35,218 bases of DNA from Sanchytrium tribonematis (Eukaryota). A program made the position numbers and the translations under genes. Positions 10,182 through 21,396 of the stretch are shown here, in pieces (positions within the stretch are counted from its first letter, which is position 1; each line of letters opens with the position of its first letter). The notes beneath the pieces are model-generated. The model did not search any database. It was not told the DNA's origin and saw only the letters and a program-made list of their open reading frames with translations. The stretch is taken from positions 1 through 35,218 of the forward strand of contig JADGIG010000038.1 of the NCBI GenBank assembly GCA_018985235.1, written 5' to 3'.

Positions 10182-10281
10182 TAATAAATTAAATCCATAT
10201 ATTGGCCCAATCAGTACCCTTGTGATCCTAGCTAATTTTATTAAAAAAGTCTGAAACAATTTTACATTTTTTAAATTAACA

Positions 10282-11394
10282 ATGTCGAATGTCAAAGCTA
10301 TGAGTTTGAAAGAAGAAATATTTATTTGGTCAAAAGCTATCGAATGTTACGATAATGATCAATTGAAAGATGCCTTGTTAACATTTAAACAATTGAAAAA
10401 AACCTCGAAAGTTTATTTTAATATTGGAATAATATACCGCGTACGAGGACAAAATGAGGACGCCATCAAATCATTTACTAAGGCAACTTTATTGGATCCT
10501 TGGTTTGCTGCGGCCTATTTTATGAAAGGCGTTTGTTATTGTGAACTAGATAGGTTTAACGAAGGAGTGACAGAATTCAATGAAGCCTTGCAGAGACTAA
10601 GAGGCAATTCAGTTATTGACTATTCCCAGCTTGGATTAAATCTTGTATTAGAATCAGCTGATGTTTTACTGAATCGAGCCATATGCTATTATATGCTGAA
10701 GAAAAATACCTATGCTCGAGATGATCTAAGAGCAGCACAGGAGATTGCTCCAAATGATCATTTAGCTATAGGAATAAAGACTGACGATCTTCAGTCAGTC
10801 CCTTTTGCTTTAGCCGAGGTTGTTGAGGTTTTCGTTCCTCCTAGCAACAAAATAACTAAAGACGAAAAGGTAGACTATTTAGGGAAAAGCAAAATTATCG
10901 CTGCAGTTGAGGAAGGAGATACTTTCACAGGATTTTTAGGAAGAATGCAAAGAAGTAATTCTAGTCCCAATGTTTTTGGTAATAACATGTCTACCATATC
11001 CCAAATATCGTCAAAGTCTATTGGCAGAAGCCAAAGTAATTCTCCCCAAAAAGACAATCATCATATAATTACTAATGTGGCCACCACACCATCCATGAAA
11101 TCAGCCCCCATTTCGTTTTCTCCCACTACCCCAGTTACTCCTTCCACCCCAATTCCAAATTCTAAGGGACGGATAAAAATTAAATTTATATACCAAGGCA
11201 AGGCCAAGATGATTTTAGCTCCGGACGATGTCAGCTATGATGAACTTTTGAAAAAACTAAGGAAAAAATGTAATGCTGATATTGATATGTATTACAACAA
11301 ATCCAAGTCTTCAGATTTAGAAATTATATCCAACGAGCATGAGCTTGATATTGCGATTGATTTGGGAGAGCCTGTAGTCATTTATTGTGAATAA
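10282..11394 (+). CDS. noxR: NADPH oxidase regulator (p67phox-like; TPR + PB1)
   Basis: MSLKEEI..W..A, SKVYFNIG, LRGNSVIDYSQLGL, DYLGKSKIIAA, C-terminal PB1. Confidence 0.93.
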   Translation: MSNVKAMSLKEEIFIWSKAIECYDNDQLKDALLTFKQLKKTSKVYFNIGIIYRVRGQNEDAIKSFTKATLLDPWFAAAYFMKGVCYCELDRFNEGVTEFNEALQRLRGNSVIDYSQLGLNLVLESADVLLNRAICYYMLKKNTYARDDLRAAQEIAPNDHLAIGIKTDDLQSVPFALAEVVEVFVPPSNKITKDEKVDYLGKSKIIAAVEEGDTFTGFLGRMQRSNSSPNVFGNNMSTISQISSKSIGRSQSNSPQKDNHHIITNVATTPSMKSAPISFSPTTPVTPSTPIPNSKGRIKIKFIYQGKAKMILAPDDVSYDELLKKLRKKCNADIDMYYNKSKSSDLEIISNEHELDIAIDLGEPVVIYCE

Positions 11395-11447
11395 ACGTAT
11401 TTTTTTCGTCTCAGAAATTTTAATTGTTTCAGATCATTCTCAATTTT

Positions 11448-12864
11448 ATGTCCAAGCGAGTTATCGATATAGACGAGGAATTGAATAACCTAGGAAATAA
11501 AATTGGAAATTTGCGAATACAGCAGGGCGGCCTCTATGATCTGGAAAATATTAGACACTGCCTTATCCATGGACATTCAATTTCAGAAGCATTGGTAGAG
11601 TTGCGCAAGTATCTTTGCACGTGTAATACTAACGCGATAGATACAATACTGAATTTAAATATACTGGAAATCCTATGGAAATATGCTCGTTCTAATATAC
11701 AAACGGACGTTTACGAAATTACGTGGATATTTACAAATTTAAGTGCAGGAAATGAAATACAGACATCTCAACTAGTGCAGAATGGTATAATTGAGTTAAT
11801 GGCTGAGCTATTAGCTTCCCCCAGCGAAGATGTAATTGTCCAAGCTTTGTGGTGTCTTGGAAATATTAGCGGAGATCATAGGGATTACAGAGAAAGAATT
11901 CTTGCATGTTTGGCGCCCTATCACGGTATGTCTTACTTTGTCTCTAGGACAAGTTTACAATCAGAGTTTCCTGTTAAAGTTTTTTCATGGGTCTTATCAA
12001 ATCTATGCCGCTTGAAGCCCAATAGTGACTATTGGAATTTGGTGGTTAATGACTTATCTTTTTGTGTATACAATCTCGATTTATTTAATTCTAATGATGA
12101 CCAAACCATAATAGATTTTTGCTGGGCGCTTACCAGATGTTTACACTCTGTAAGTATGGTTTATAGGCGGCAGCTTGTAACAATAGAGCTCGTAGATGGT
12201 TTGTTTGGTATAGTGAAGCGATTTAAGTTTCCAAATGTTTTGGTTCCTGTCTTTAGGGTCCTTACTAATATCGTTGCGGGAGACGATACGGAAACAAAAA
12301 TGGTGATTCAAAATAATTATTTGTCTCAAATATTGAAATTTTTGGAAACAGAAAATGCTTCTTTACTAAAAGAGTGCCTTATGTGCCTTTCAAATATTGC
12401 TGCAAGTAATTCACATGGAGAATCATTACATGATACCGATATTCTTTTAAAAATTTTACAATTGTTGAGTAGCGAGTTTACATCTGATCCAATTAAGATG
12501 GAATGCTTGTGGATATTAAGCAACTGTATTTCGATGAAGGAAGAGATTCTTCAGTAATTCGCTCTCACATAGTCATTTAATTTTAAATAATTTAATCCAA
12601 ATTTTAATTTGCTGTTTGAATATTCCTACTCTGTCTAAGAAGGCAATAGATGCTTTATATTTTGTTGAAATATGTTCTGACAAGCTGTTCTATAATTTAA
12701 AAGACAAAATTGGCGAAGTATCGAATTCATTAGAATTATTTTCGCATGAAAGTTCTTCCATTCAACAAAGATCTCAACAACTTTTACACTCGATAAAAAA
12801 CAGATCTTTTAAACAGGACTCTGTATGGCAAATCGAAACAGAATTAGAAAATATGGTGCTTTAG
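11448..12864 (+). CDS. Importin-alpha-like armadillo repeat protein; 2 exons (11448-12553, 12573-12864), 465 aa
   Basis: ARM WxxxN motifs (WIFTN, WCLGNISGD, WVLSNLCR, NIVAGDD, WILSN). Confidence 0.85.
12554..12572 (+). other. 19-nt spliceosomal intron (importin-alpha-like)
   Basis: GTAATTCGCTCTCACATAG; removes a stop and joins ORF 12616-12864 in frame. Confidence 0.88.
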
Positions 12865-12890
12865 TGATATGATTATTTAATAAATATACC

Positions 12891-13097
12891 TTACAATTTT
12901 AATTCTGTCCGGAGTTCTGCCTTTTCTAGATCTGTAATCATTCTTGCCAAAATCGATGGTTGGATTTTCTTAGAATTACCTTCTAAACTTAACTCTAGAT
13001 TTTCTTTCAGTTGCATTCTTACATCCTCAACAGAGTCAGGTAATATGTCCAATTTTTGAATCTTGACTGGTTTCTTTTTCTTAAGCTTGAAAGACAT
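12891..13097 (-). CDS. Small hypothetical protein (68 aa, Lys-rich N-terminus)
   Basis: ATG start preceded by the AGGAG motif; fills a gap much larger than typical intergenic spacing here. Confidence 0.55.
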   Translation of the reverse strand: MSFKLKKKKPVKIQKLDILPDSVEDVRMQLKENLELSLEGNSKKIQPSILARMITDLEKAELRTELKL

Positions 13098-13238
13098 GTA
13101 TCAAAATCTCCTCAGAATTAAAACCGGCCGACTCATTCTTTGGCAAATGGTGGTGTTATTATACATGATTATTTAGTCGGTCAGTCAGATCAATACATTG
13201 CCTACAATAAGAATTGCAACTCTGAAACTTAATTTTAA

Positions 13239-15862
13239 ATGGAGTCAAATCCATTTGATGACGACCAACAAATAGAGGATCCTTTCATTGATGATAGCTC
13301 TGATACCACAGACTATCAGTCGAGTGTCCCAAAATTACTAAATTTTCCGATGCCCAGATTATTAGATCCAATTGCACACACCATTAAAAGTTCTTTCAAG
13401 ACCACAGAGCAAATATATGATTCAGTTTGTAGTGGAAACTACTTGGTAGCATGCCATCTTTCTAAGCTGTCAGTCTATGACTTACTGACCTCAAAACTGG
13501 TATCGAATTTGCCATTTCCATTTGAAGGATCATCCACATTATGTTTCTGTCCTGAATTTGAGGACCCATCACTATTTGTGTTGGTTGGATTTAGCACAGG
13601 AGAACTTTGGATTGTCGATATATTGGGTAATTCACTGGAGAGTGAAAGGAAAAGAGTTTCAAATTACTCTAATGTTGAGTTATTAGGATGCGTTGTTCTG
13701 CAAAAAAGATCCATTACAAGAAGCCCATTTAAAAAATTATATCAAAAGGGCACATTTGTAATCGCAATTGATGCATACGGAACTATATTTTATTGGGATA
13801 AGGCTGATGTAGGACTTTTAGATAGGGACCCCAACATTGTTAAAATACCACTAACTCCATCTACATTGTCACTAGATAGTTCTGGCTATAATCTTTACTT
13901 TACGAATGAAACCTCCCACTGTTATTATCTGAATCTTCAAGTTGGAACTGCTTCTTTACTTACTTTTGGTGTAGATTCAAATCTAAACAATTCCACAGAA
14001 TGTCTCAACTCCAAAGGGAGAGCCATTTCCTTATGTTTAGGTGAATTTGATGGCAACCAGGCAATTTTTGTAGGGCACGATGATGGATTTATAAGTGTAT
14101 TTGATCAATCATTTAAGCTTATAAAAGTAGTTCATTTTTCAAATTATTCTATAACAACATTAAAGTTTAGACCATCTTGCTGTTATATATCTCAAGATTT
14201 AGATTTTAGGCCTGTTTTGGTAGTATGTTTGAAAACAGGTGATTATTTTCAAGTCATTGTAGATCATGAATTTAGCATGATAACTTATGGATATCCCCAT
14301 AAAAGTGAGGATTTGAAAGTTAACAACTCGATTTTACTTTTTCAACAGATTGATATTAATCCACAAGCAGACATTTCAACGAAATTGTGTGTCGACTTTG
14401 TGATACTATCTCTGAAAGAAAATACATTTCAGATTGATGTCACCTCATCCGATTTATCTTCTTGGACAAAAAGAACCGTTTTAAAAGAGCAGAAGAGCAA
14501 TATTAGTGGTAATCGCAAAATCAAGATACGAATCGTGTCTTGGAATATGGACTCAAGCAAACCAACTGAGCTGGATCGGCCAAGTGTTCGAAATAAGAAA
14601 AAAAGAAATCGACTTAGTTCTTTAAGCCCATTTAGAAAACAAAAGTTGGACAGTTCTTCAATTGAGTCTCTTAGTACTAGTCCTGTTGGGAGCACTGACT
14701 TATTTCCATCTCATATTTTTGATGACGATCCCATTGTTGCTCTGTTGAAAAGCAAATCGTTTGATAGTCCTGACATTTTTGTTGTTGGCTTTCAAGAAGT
14801 TGTTGATTTGGAATCCAAAAGGGTTCACGCCAGTAATCCATTTCTTACGTAGAGTCGCTTTTTAAAAAAAAGGAGCAGAAGACGCCTCATGACATTGAAG
14901 ATCGCGCATATAAAGATTGGCTTTATAGCATTGAAGCAGGTATCGAAGAAATATACTCTAATTCATTCAAGCTACTAAAATCACAATATTTGGTCGGTCT
15001 TTATTTACTTGTATTCATTAAAGAAGAATTGAAGCCCTATGTGCAACATTTTGAAATTCAAGAGCTTAAAACAGGTTTTAAAGGTTTACATGGTAATAAG
15101 GGTGCTTTGTGCGCCCGTATGATTTTATTCGATACTAGTATATCATTTATAGTGGCACACTTAGCGGCTGGTCAAAAGCATACACAGGATAGAAACAAAG
15201 ATGCCAAGCATATTATCAATAATGTTGCGTTTTCAAATGTAGCCATTCCCACGGTATACCTTGACCACAGTGGCTTTAAACTCTGGGATCAAGACACCTT
15301 GTTTTTCTTTGGGGATTTAAACTATCGCATCGAATTGACGAGAGATCAATGTGAGCAAAATATTAGATCGCAGAATTATATAGAATTGCTCAAAAACGAT
15401 CAACTTAATGAAAATCGATCGAAAAATCCTAGTTGCGTCTTGAGGCACTTTCAAGAGGCACCAATTAAGTTTTTACCGACGTACAAATATGATCCATATA
15501 CCATTAATTATGATTCTAGTGAGAAAAAAAGAATACCAGCTTGGTGTGACAGAATATTATATCGAGGTCAGGTTGATGTCATTTCATATGACAGATTAGA
15601 AAGGCCATTTAGTTCGGATCATAGAGCTATTTTTGGAGAGTTTGTGATTGACTGTCAAGGATTAGAAATGGACCAATTGTTAAAATTAATTGAAGGTTAT
15701 ACCACTCTGGAAAACAAAATTCAAAGATTAGAGTTTATAAATACTGTCCGATATACCTTGGACAGTTTTGGAATACAAAGTGAAGTCGCAAATTATGTCA
15801 AGCAGCCAAATATGAACTTGTTTCAATTCCTCCAATCACAAAAGTTGAATTCTCGTTCATAA
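13239..15862 (+). CDS. WD40-containing inositol polyphosphate 5-phosphatase; 2 exons (13239-14832, 14853-15862), 867 aa
   Basis: SWNM, PDIFVVGFQEVV, GNKG, HLAAG, FFGDLNYRI, PTYKYD, PAWCDRILY, SDH; WD40-like N-terminal half. Confidence 0.93.
14833..14852 (+). other. 20-nt spliceosomal intron (5-phosphatase)
   Basis: GTAATCCATTTCTTACGTAG; junction reads KRVHAKSLFKKK in frame to the catalytic exon. Confidence 0.9.
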
Positions 15863-15883
15863 TCTCCTCAGTTTTAGACTTTT

Positions 15884-16165
15884 ATGAATTCGCAAGCAGA
15901 TACTTCGCGAATCTCGCAAACCATTGAAATCGAGGAACAGCATCGAACCATTAGGGTAGAGGTAATGGAGGAAACTGAAAGAAAAGTGCAATTTGCTGAT
16001 GATGTTATTGACAATGAAAATTTAAACCGAAAAAAATCGAAAGTTTGCTGTATCTACAGGAAGCCACACAACTGTGACCAATCTGAAAGCGAATCAGATT
16101 ATAGTGACGAGGAATTGCAAAAAAACGGCTATGAAAGAAAACCAAAGTATAAACATTCTCATTAA
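15884..16165 (+). CDS. YPI1: Protein phosphatase 1 inhibitor-3
   Basis: KVQF (RVxF) followed by DVIDNENLNRKKSKVCCIY. Confidence 0.92.
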   Translation: MNSQADTSRISQTIEIEEQHRTIRVEVMEETERKVQFADDVIDNENLNRKKSKVCCIYRKPHNCDQSESESDYSDEELQKNGYERKPKYKHSH

Positions 16166-16167
16166 AT

Positions 16168-17160
16168 TTATTTGAAGTCAAATGTGGATTGACTCTGTAA
16201 TACAGAATCCTTTCTTGTAAACGATGGCTTTGGGGCAGTTATATTTTGCAGTATATCTCTTGCGATTGCGAAATCGATATTGTCTTCATTCTCCAGCGCA
16301 TCAAATATATTTAAAAGCTGCTCATCAATTACAGATGGTGCTATATTCACAACAGAAGATAGATATTTTAAAAGTTTTGAGTATTCGTTCCCACTTCGGC
16401 TAGATGTATTGGTCAGTTGGGTGCTCTGATACCGTATAATTTTATCTCGATATAGAAGCTCATAATATTGTTCCTTTACAGTTTGTTCATCATTATAAGT
16501 CTGAGACAATTGATGTTGGGCAAATGATATGCCCTTAGTCAACTCAACTTTTGCTGTTTCTAATCGGCGAGCTCTAAAGTTGTCCCACTCATAATTAAAT
16601 CTTTGACTTTCGGTGTCTGACACAATTTTTACAATAGGAACTAGCAATTCTTGTAAGTTATCAAGAGTTTCTTGAATTAAATCCTTGCATTTACACAATT
16701 CTTGAATATGTTTATGAAATGTGCTCTCAAGCAAGTTAGCGCATCGAGTAACAACATCACCAGCTGTATCTGGCGACTTGAGAAATTCATCAGTTGTTTC
16801 CTTATATAACTCAGACAGCCTCTGATCATTTCGTAATAAATCGAATGTATCTTCTTGTTCGGGAAAAATTACTTCAGAATAAAAATGTTTTAGCACAGGT
16901 AACTTGATAGGTTTTAAATTAGGCCGTAGTCGCTCAGGTTCGATTTCCTCGCTGTCTTTATTCCCTGATTTGAATTGTGGAAAGTAATGATTAAAAGCTG
17001 ACTCAAAATGAAAAAGCCCAGCTGATCGAACTAATTTAATTATTTCTGGGCCATCTCTTATTAAGCCTTCTGTATCGTTTTTCCTAATGGAGTCTTCTAG
17101 TGCATCAAAGCAAGGCGAACAGTCGCCCGATAGTATACTCTTTTTCAAAAGTTGGAACAT
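16168..17160 (-). CDS. Hypothetical helical protein (330 aa)
   Basis: Long ORF with ATG and an AATAAA-embedded stop; no family recognised. Confidence 0.7.
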   Translation of the reverse strand: MFQLLKKSILSGDCSPCFDALEDSIRKNDTEGLIRDGPEIIKLVRSAGLFHFESAFNHYFPQFKSGNKDSEEIEPERLRPNLKPIKLPVLKHFYSEVIFPEQEDTFDLLRNDQRLSELYKETTDEFLKSPDTAGDVVTRCANLLESTFHKHIQELCKCKDLIQETLDNLQELLVPIVKIVSDTESQRFNYEWDNFRARRLETAKVELTKGISFAQHQLSQTYNDEQTVKEQYYELLYRDKIIRYQSTQLTNTSSRSGNEYSKLLKYLSSVVNIAPSVIDEQLLNIFDALENEDNIDFAIARDILQNITAPKPSFTRKDSVLQSQSTFDFK

Positions 17161-17177
17161 TCTCGGCCTATTTCAAG

Positions 17178-17888
17178 TTAAATTTTATTTAGAGACTTTA
17201 TCAACTCGACTACCTGAGAACCTGTAGATAGAGTTTCTTGGGACCTTCTGAAAAAATTAAGAATAGTTACATGCATTTGGCGGAAACCTTTGGTCACATT
17301 CAAAGGTAATTCTTCAATTTTAGGCTCGTCCATTTTTGGCGGGTTGTACGCTGGTTTGAATATCCAGGATTTCTTGCATTGGTTTACAAACTCGATTTCA
17401 TACTGTCGTGCTGCTTCTTTTGATTCGTCATAATATTCTTGCTCGCTTTCCAACAAGATATTTTTAACCTCATCCCCAATTGCGATATGTTTGGCGAACT
17501 TCCATTGTAAATTAAATGGAGGAAGGGTTTTTTGCTCCTTAAAATTGTGCTTTATCATTTCTTTTAATTCTTCAGCGGTATTTGCATTTGCGATTCTTAC
17601 ATCCAATCCACTTTTTTGAAATATCGGCAATATAAATGATTTGACATATTTTTCTGACCTGTATGTCGTATTATCATCAAAACTCGGTAAGATGTAAAGG
17701 CAGACTCTTGTTGGTAGAGATTCAATCGGTAAAGGATCATTCGCAAATTCTTCGACTTCAGCCAATAGCGTCAGACAAATTTGAGATTGTTTATACTGGT
17801 CGTATTTTAGACCAGCTAATATAGACCCAGCTACTCCAAAGAAGGCAATAGTCTTCCTACTAGGCATTTTTTTCGGCAAGAAATTCAT
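17178..17888 (-). CDS. TIM54: Mitochondrial TIM22 complex subunit Tim54
   Basis: KMPSR + TM + YD, PL...LPTRVCLY, FILPIFQKSGLD. Confidence 0.8.
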   Translation of the reverse strand: MNFLPKKMPSRKTIAFFGVAGSILAGLKYDQYKQSQICLTLLAEVEEFANDPLPIESLPTRVCLYILPSFDDNTTYRSEKYVKSFILPIFQKSGLDVRIANANTAEELKEMIKHNFKEQKTLPPFNLQWKFAKHIAIGDEVKNILLESEQEYYDESKEAARQYEIEFVNQCKKSWIFKPAYNPPKMDEPKIEELPLNVTKGFRQMHVTILNFFRRSQETLSTGSQVVELIKSLNKI

Positions 17889-17977
17889 TGTAAAATTTTC
17901 AAGGAGAGTAAGTCACTATTTATTTTCTGGTCTCATATAATTCGCTTACTCTGGATGATTTCTATTGATCTTTTTAA

Positions 17978-19246
17978 TCAATTTGAATTAACAAACTCAA
18001 CAATCTTATTTAATGCTTCGTTTGCTTCCTGAAGGGGATAACATTGAAATAAATGTACAACATTGTTGTACACTTGATGTATTGCAGGAGCATCCTGTTC
18101 AACTAATTTTTTATGCAAATGCTCGTGGTCAGAAAGCAGCGTCTCAAGTGATCCTGACTGAATTAGAACTGGTGGGAATCTATTCAATATACCAAAGACT
18201 GGAGAAAAAATGGGATCAGAAAGATGCTGGGCGCCATCCAAATCCAAATTTATCCCACAGTAGAAACTCAGAAGTTTTTCAACTTGAAGATCTTTATCCA
18301 AGTAGTCTATATCTTTGTTGAAATCCCACGAAAGGCCTGTACAGCGCAAATTTGACCAAGGGCTTATCAAAACCACGCATTTGGGTAGTGGGATGCGATT
18401 TTCAATCGAACTTATTAAAAGACTCAGCATTACATTCCCACCTGCGGAATCAGATAAAAACCATATATCCGAGGATGCTATTCCTAAAAATTTCACCATA
18501 AACCAGTATGAGTCTAAGCAATCTACGAGAGATTGAGGATATTGTTTCTCCGGTAGGATACCATAACGGACATTGCAAATTCCGTGGTCTGGGAATTTAG
18601 ATTGAATCTTTGGTAGTAAATGAACATTGTGCAGTAAAAATGCACCACCTGGACAATAAAAAATCCACTTTTGAACTTCATTGATAGTTTTACCTTTAGG
18701 AACCAATAATTGGGTAGTGAATTCCATTTCAGAAGGACTAGAATGAAAAATGTATTCTTGCTGATCCCAATAAATATCTTTTCCTAGATACTTGGTAGCA
18801 TCAGGAACTTCCCAATACTCACAAGGTATACCTGTGGGAAAGTTTTGGGGTGTATACTTGACTCTTTTACCGGATCTAGTCATTTGATAATAAGTACTTC
18901 TGGAATCCAATCGTCCCAACTGCACTTCAGCAACGATATCCATTGTACATTTGATATAAACTTCCGAAAGAAAATCAATTGGTCTACTTACAAGGCGAAA
19001 TCTGTGTATTGAAAAGTAAGGATTTGCCAGCAATGATCTAATGGCTCTTGATGCTGCAAATAAGTGTACATTCATATTTTTTGCACCAACTGGAATCTTA
19101 TCTCTGAAAAAGTTGTAATAGCCTTTGATCATATGAAACCCCATAGAAGCAATAAGAGCAATAAAAGGAATTACATCAGTACTTCTAAAATTCATTTTTT
19201 GGATTATTTCATGTATCAGCTTATAGATTGGAAGCCACCCAATCAT
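17978..19246 (-). CDS. HSL-family alpha/beta hydrolase (esterase/lipase), paralog A, intronless
   Basis: PGGAF, SDSAGG, LISPW, E.L..D, VHLFQ. ATG at 19246 chosen (19195 is possible). Confidence 0.88.
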   Translation of the reverse strand: MIGWLPIYKLIHEIIQKMNFRSTDVIPFIALIASMGFHMIKGYYNFFRDKIPVGAKNMNVHLFAASRAIRSLLANPYFSIHRFRLVSRPIDFLSEVYIKCTMDIVAEVQLGRLDSRSTYYQMTRSGKRVKYTPQNFPTGIPCEYWEVPDATKYLGKDIYWDQQEYIFHSSPSEMEFTTQLLVPKGKTINEVQKWIFYCPGGAFLLHNVHLLPKIQSKFPDHGICNVRYGILPEKQYPQSLVDCLDSYWFMVKFLGIASSDIWFLSDSAGGNVMLSLLISSIENRIPLPKCVVLISPWSNLRCTGLSWDFNKDIDYLDKDLQVEKLLSFYCGINLDLDGAQHLSDPIFSPVFGILNRFPPVLIQSGSLETLLSDHEHLHKKLVEQDAPAIHQVYNNVVHLFQCYPLQEANEALNKIVEFVNSN

Positions 19247-19277
19247 GAAAGGTTCCGATATTTCGAACACCAGCAAT

Positions 19278-20508
19278 TTAAGAATTGTGCGATTTATTGA
19301 CAAAGGATCTGATTCTCTCAAAAGCTAACCCAGACTCTGCATAAGGGAAACATTGAAATGCGTGAGTCATTCTGTCATAAATGTGATGTTCAACATCGTT
19401 CCCAGCCTTCTTTAATTTTTCAAATAAAACTACATTGTCATCAATAATTGCTTCGTAAACCGCCGACTGCATTAAAATAGGTGGAAATCCACTCAGGTCA
19501 CCATTCACAGGCGAAAAATAGTGATGATCCAGTATTGCTGGATCTTCTTTCAAATTGCATCCAGAGTACAGAGACAGTAGAGGCTCAATCTGAAGATCAG
19601 AATCCAGAAAATCAATATTTTTGTGATTCTTCCATGATTCTCCTTTACAAGTCAAATCCGACCAGGGACTAACTAGCACGACACATCGTGGATTAGGTAG
19701 ATTATTTTGCTTTATGCTCAACATTAAATTTAAAAGGACATTACCTCCCGCTGAGTCTGCGAAAAGTATAATGTTTTCGGGCTCAATATTGTAATAGCTT
19801 ATTAGAAAATTGTAAGTATCAAGCGCATCTATTAAGGAATTAGGAAACGCTTTCTCTGGGACCAGCCCGTACCTAAGATGGCAAATACCAAAATTGGGAA
19901 AATTTTCATGTAAATTTGGTATGAAATGTACATTATGCATCAAAAAGGCACCTCTAAATAAAATAAAAGTACCCTGGAACATACAGAATCCATTTCTTAC
20001 ACTCTCTTATTGTTTTTCCCTTTGGCACAAAAAATTTGCTCGAGAATGTCAAAGGCTTTGGGCCTAAGTGAAAAGACCGTTCTTCCTCATGGTTATATTG
20101 TGGCTTTCCAAAAATTTCTTCTACAGTTGGAACTTTCCAATGACGGCAGGCTATTGAAGTTTTTGAATAGTCTGGTACAAACGTACTTACTCTACCAACT
20201 TTTTTTTCTGTATAATACATTTCTCCATCGTCGTTTCTTCCTAAAATAATTTCACTGGCAATATTAAGACTCCAGTTGACTCGGACCCAGGTAAAAAAAT
20301 CTGGTACTGAGTTCAGAATTCTAAACCGATGAATTGTAAAATGTTCATGGTCAAACGCTACTCTTATTCCTCTCGCTAAACTATAAGCAAAAATATCAAC
20401 ATTACTTGATTTAGCACAAACGTATCCAAATGCGTGTCGTGTAAATCCTGAGAGGACTTCCCATACTATATGTGTTAGGATTATGAACGTTGGGAGCACA
20501 TTCTTCAT
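19278..20508 (-). CDS. HSL-family alpha/beta hydrolase, paralog B; 2 exons (20508-19973, 19953-19278), 403 aa
   Basis: Spliced YVPGGAF, ADSAGG, LVSPW, THAFQ; colinear with paralog A. Confidence 0.88.
19954..19972 (-). other. 19-nt spliceosomal intron (hydrolase B)
   Basis: GTACTTTTATTTTATTTAG; excision gives PGGAF as in the intronless paralog. Confidence 0.93.
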
Positions 20509-20694
20509 TTTTATAAATGGAGAAGTGAGGCAGAAAATGGGTTTCAAGAAGTTCACCGAAAATAGAAAATTGATTGATGCAAACGCATAAGTTTATGTAG
20601 ATATCAATCGGATTTAATTTTTTTGTTAGCTAATTCTAGGAGTTTTATCTGCTTATCAGTCAAATTTTTTTCAGACTTTAAAATCTAAATTAAT

Positions 20695-21246
20695 TTATGG
20701 TACCTTTTGCATTCCTTTTAGTGCTTCTTCCGATTTATCAACTAGGTAGGCACGACAGAATAGCTCTAATTGGACTTCTTTTTCTTTAACAACATTTCCT
20801 AATTCAATAAGATACAATGTATTGAATGGATCAAGCACATGAAGCTGCTCTAGACAGTAGAGTATCAGAGATTCGCGCCTTGAAACTTTTGGATCCTCTT
20901 TGAGTAATTCATAAAATTTTAGAAATCCATTTTTGTCACCTCTAAATGTATGGGTCACTTGAGTCATTTTTTCTACCCATTTGTTGTCATTTTTGTCAAA
21001 AAGACACTGAACCACTTCTAAATAGGCTTCTATATTTGAAGGATTTTGTTTAATTAACAATTTGCAAATTTCAAGAGCTTTTTGAGTCTCCTTAGAAATT
21101 CGAAGAGTTTTCGCCTCCATTAGCTTTAGTTTATAAGAGGAAGCTGGCGCATTTCTTCTAAATTTCTCAAGTGACTCTTCCGCAGATTTTGTATTCTTCA
21201 ATTTAATAGCCTGATTAAAATCAGAAACTAATGTTGGTCCACTCAT
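20695..21246 (-). CDS. EMC2: ER membrane complex subunit 2-like TPR protein (shortened)
   Basis: QNPSN, FRGD and YCLEQLHVLDPFNTLY resemble EMC2 motifs (F.GD.EAW, FCLEEL...PHN). Confidence 0.65.
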   Translation of the reverse strand: MSGPTLVSDFNQAIKLKNTKSAEESLEKFRRNAPASSYKLKLMEAKTLRISKETQKALEICKLLIKQNPSNIEAYLEVVQCLFDKNDNKWVEKMTQVTHTFRGDKNGFLKFYELLKEDPKVSRRESLILYCLEQLHVLDPFNTLYLIELGNVVKEKEVQLELFCRAYLVDKSEEALKGMQKVP

Positions 21247-21396
21247 ATGTTTGCTACAAGGGGCATTTTTAATGATATATATAGTGTTTGCTCATATTTC
21301 TGAAGATTAAAGGACGACATTTTAATTGGGACTGATATCACTACCTTCAACCTATAGTATTTCAAGTGTAATTTTTTGTGTTTGAATCAAGGAGAA

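Noticed and set aside
10201..10211. ATTGGCCCAAT double CCAAT palindrome upstream of noxR
   Set aside because: Single instance, plausible ordinary CCAAT box; insufficient support.
13126..13182. 8-bp stem GGCCGACT/AGTCGGTC in a divergent spacer
   Set aside because: Isolated stem with no box motifs; could be chance.
21390..21394. AGGAG as a Shine-Dalgarno sequence / prokaryotic origin
   Set aside because: The genes are eukaryotic with spliceosomal introns, and the motif occurs in both orientations at variable distance.
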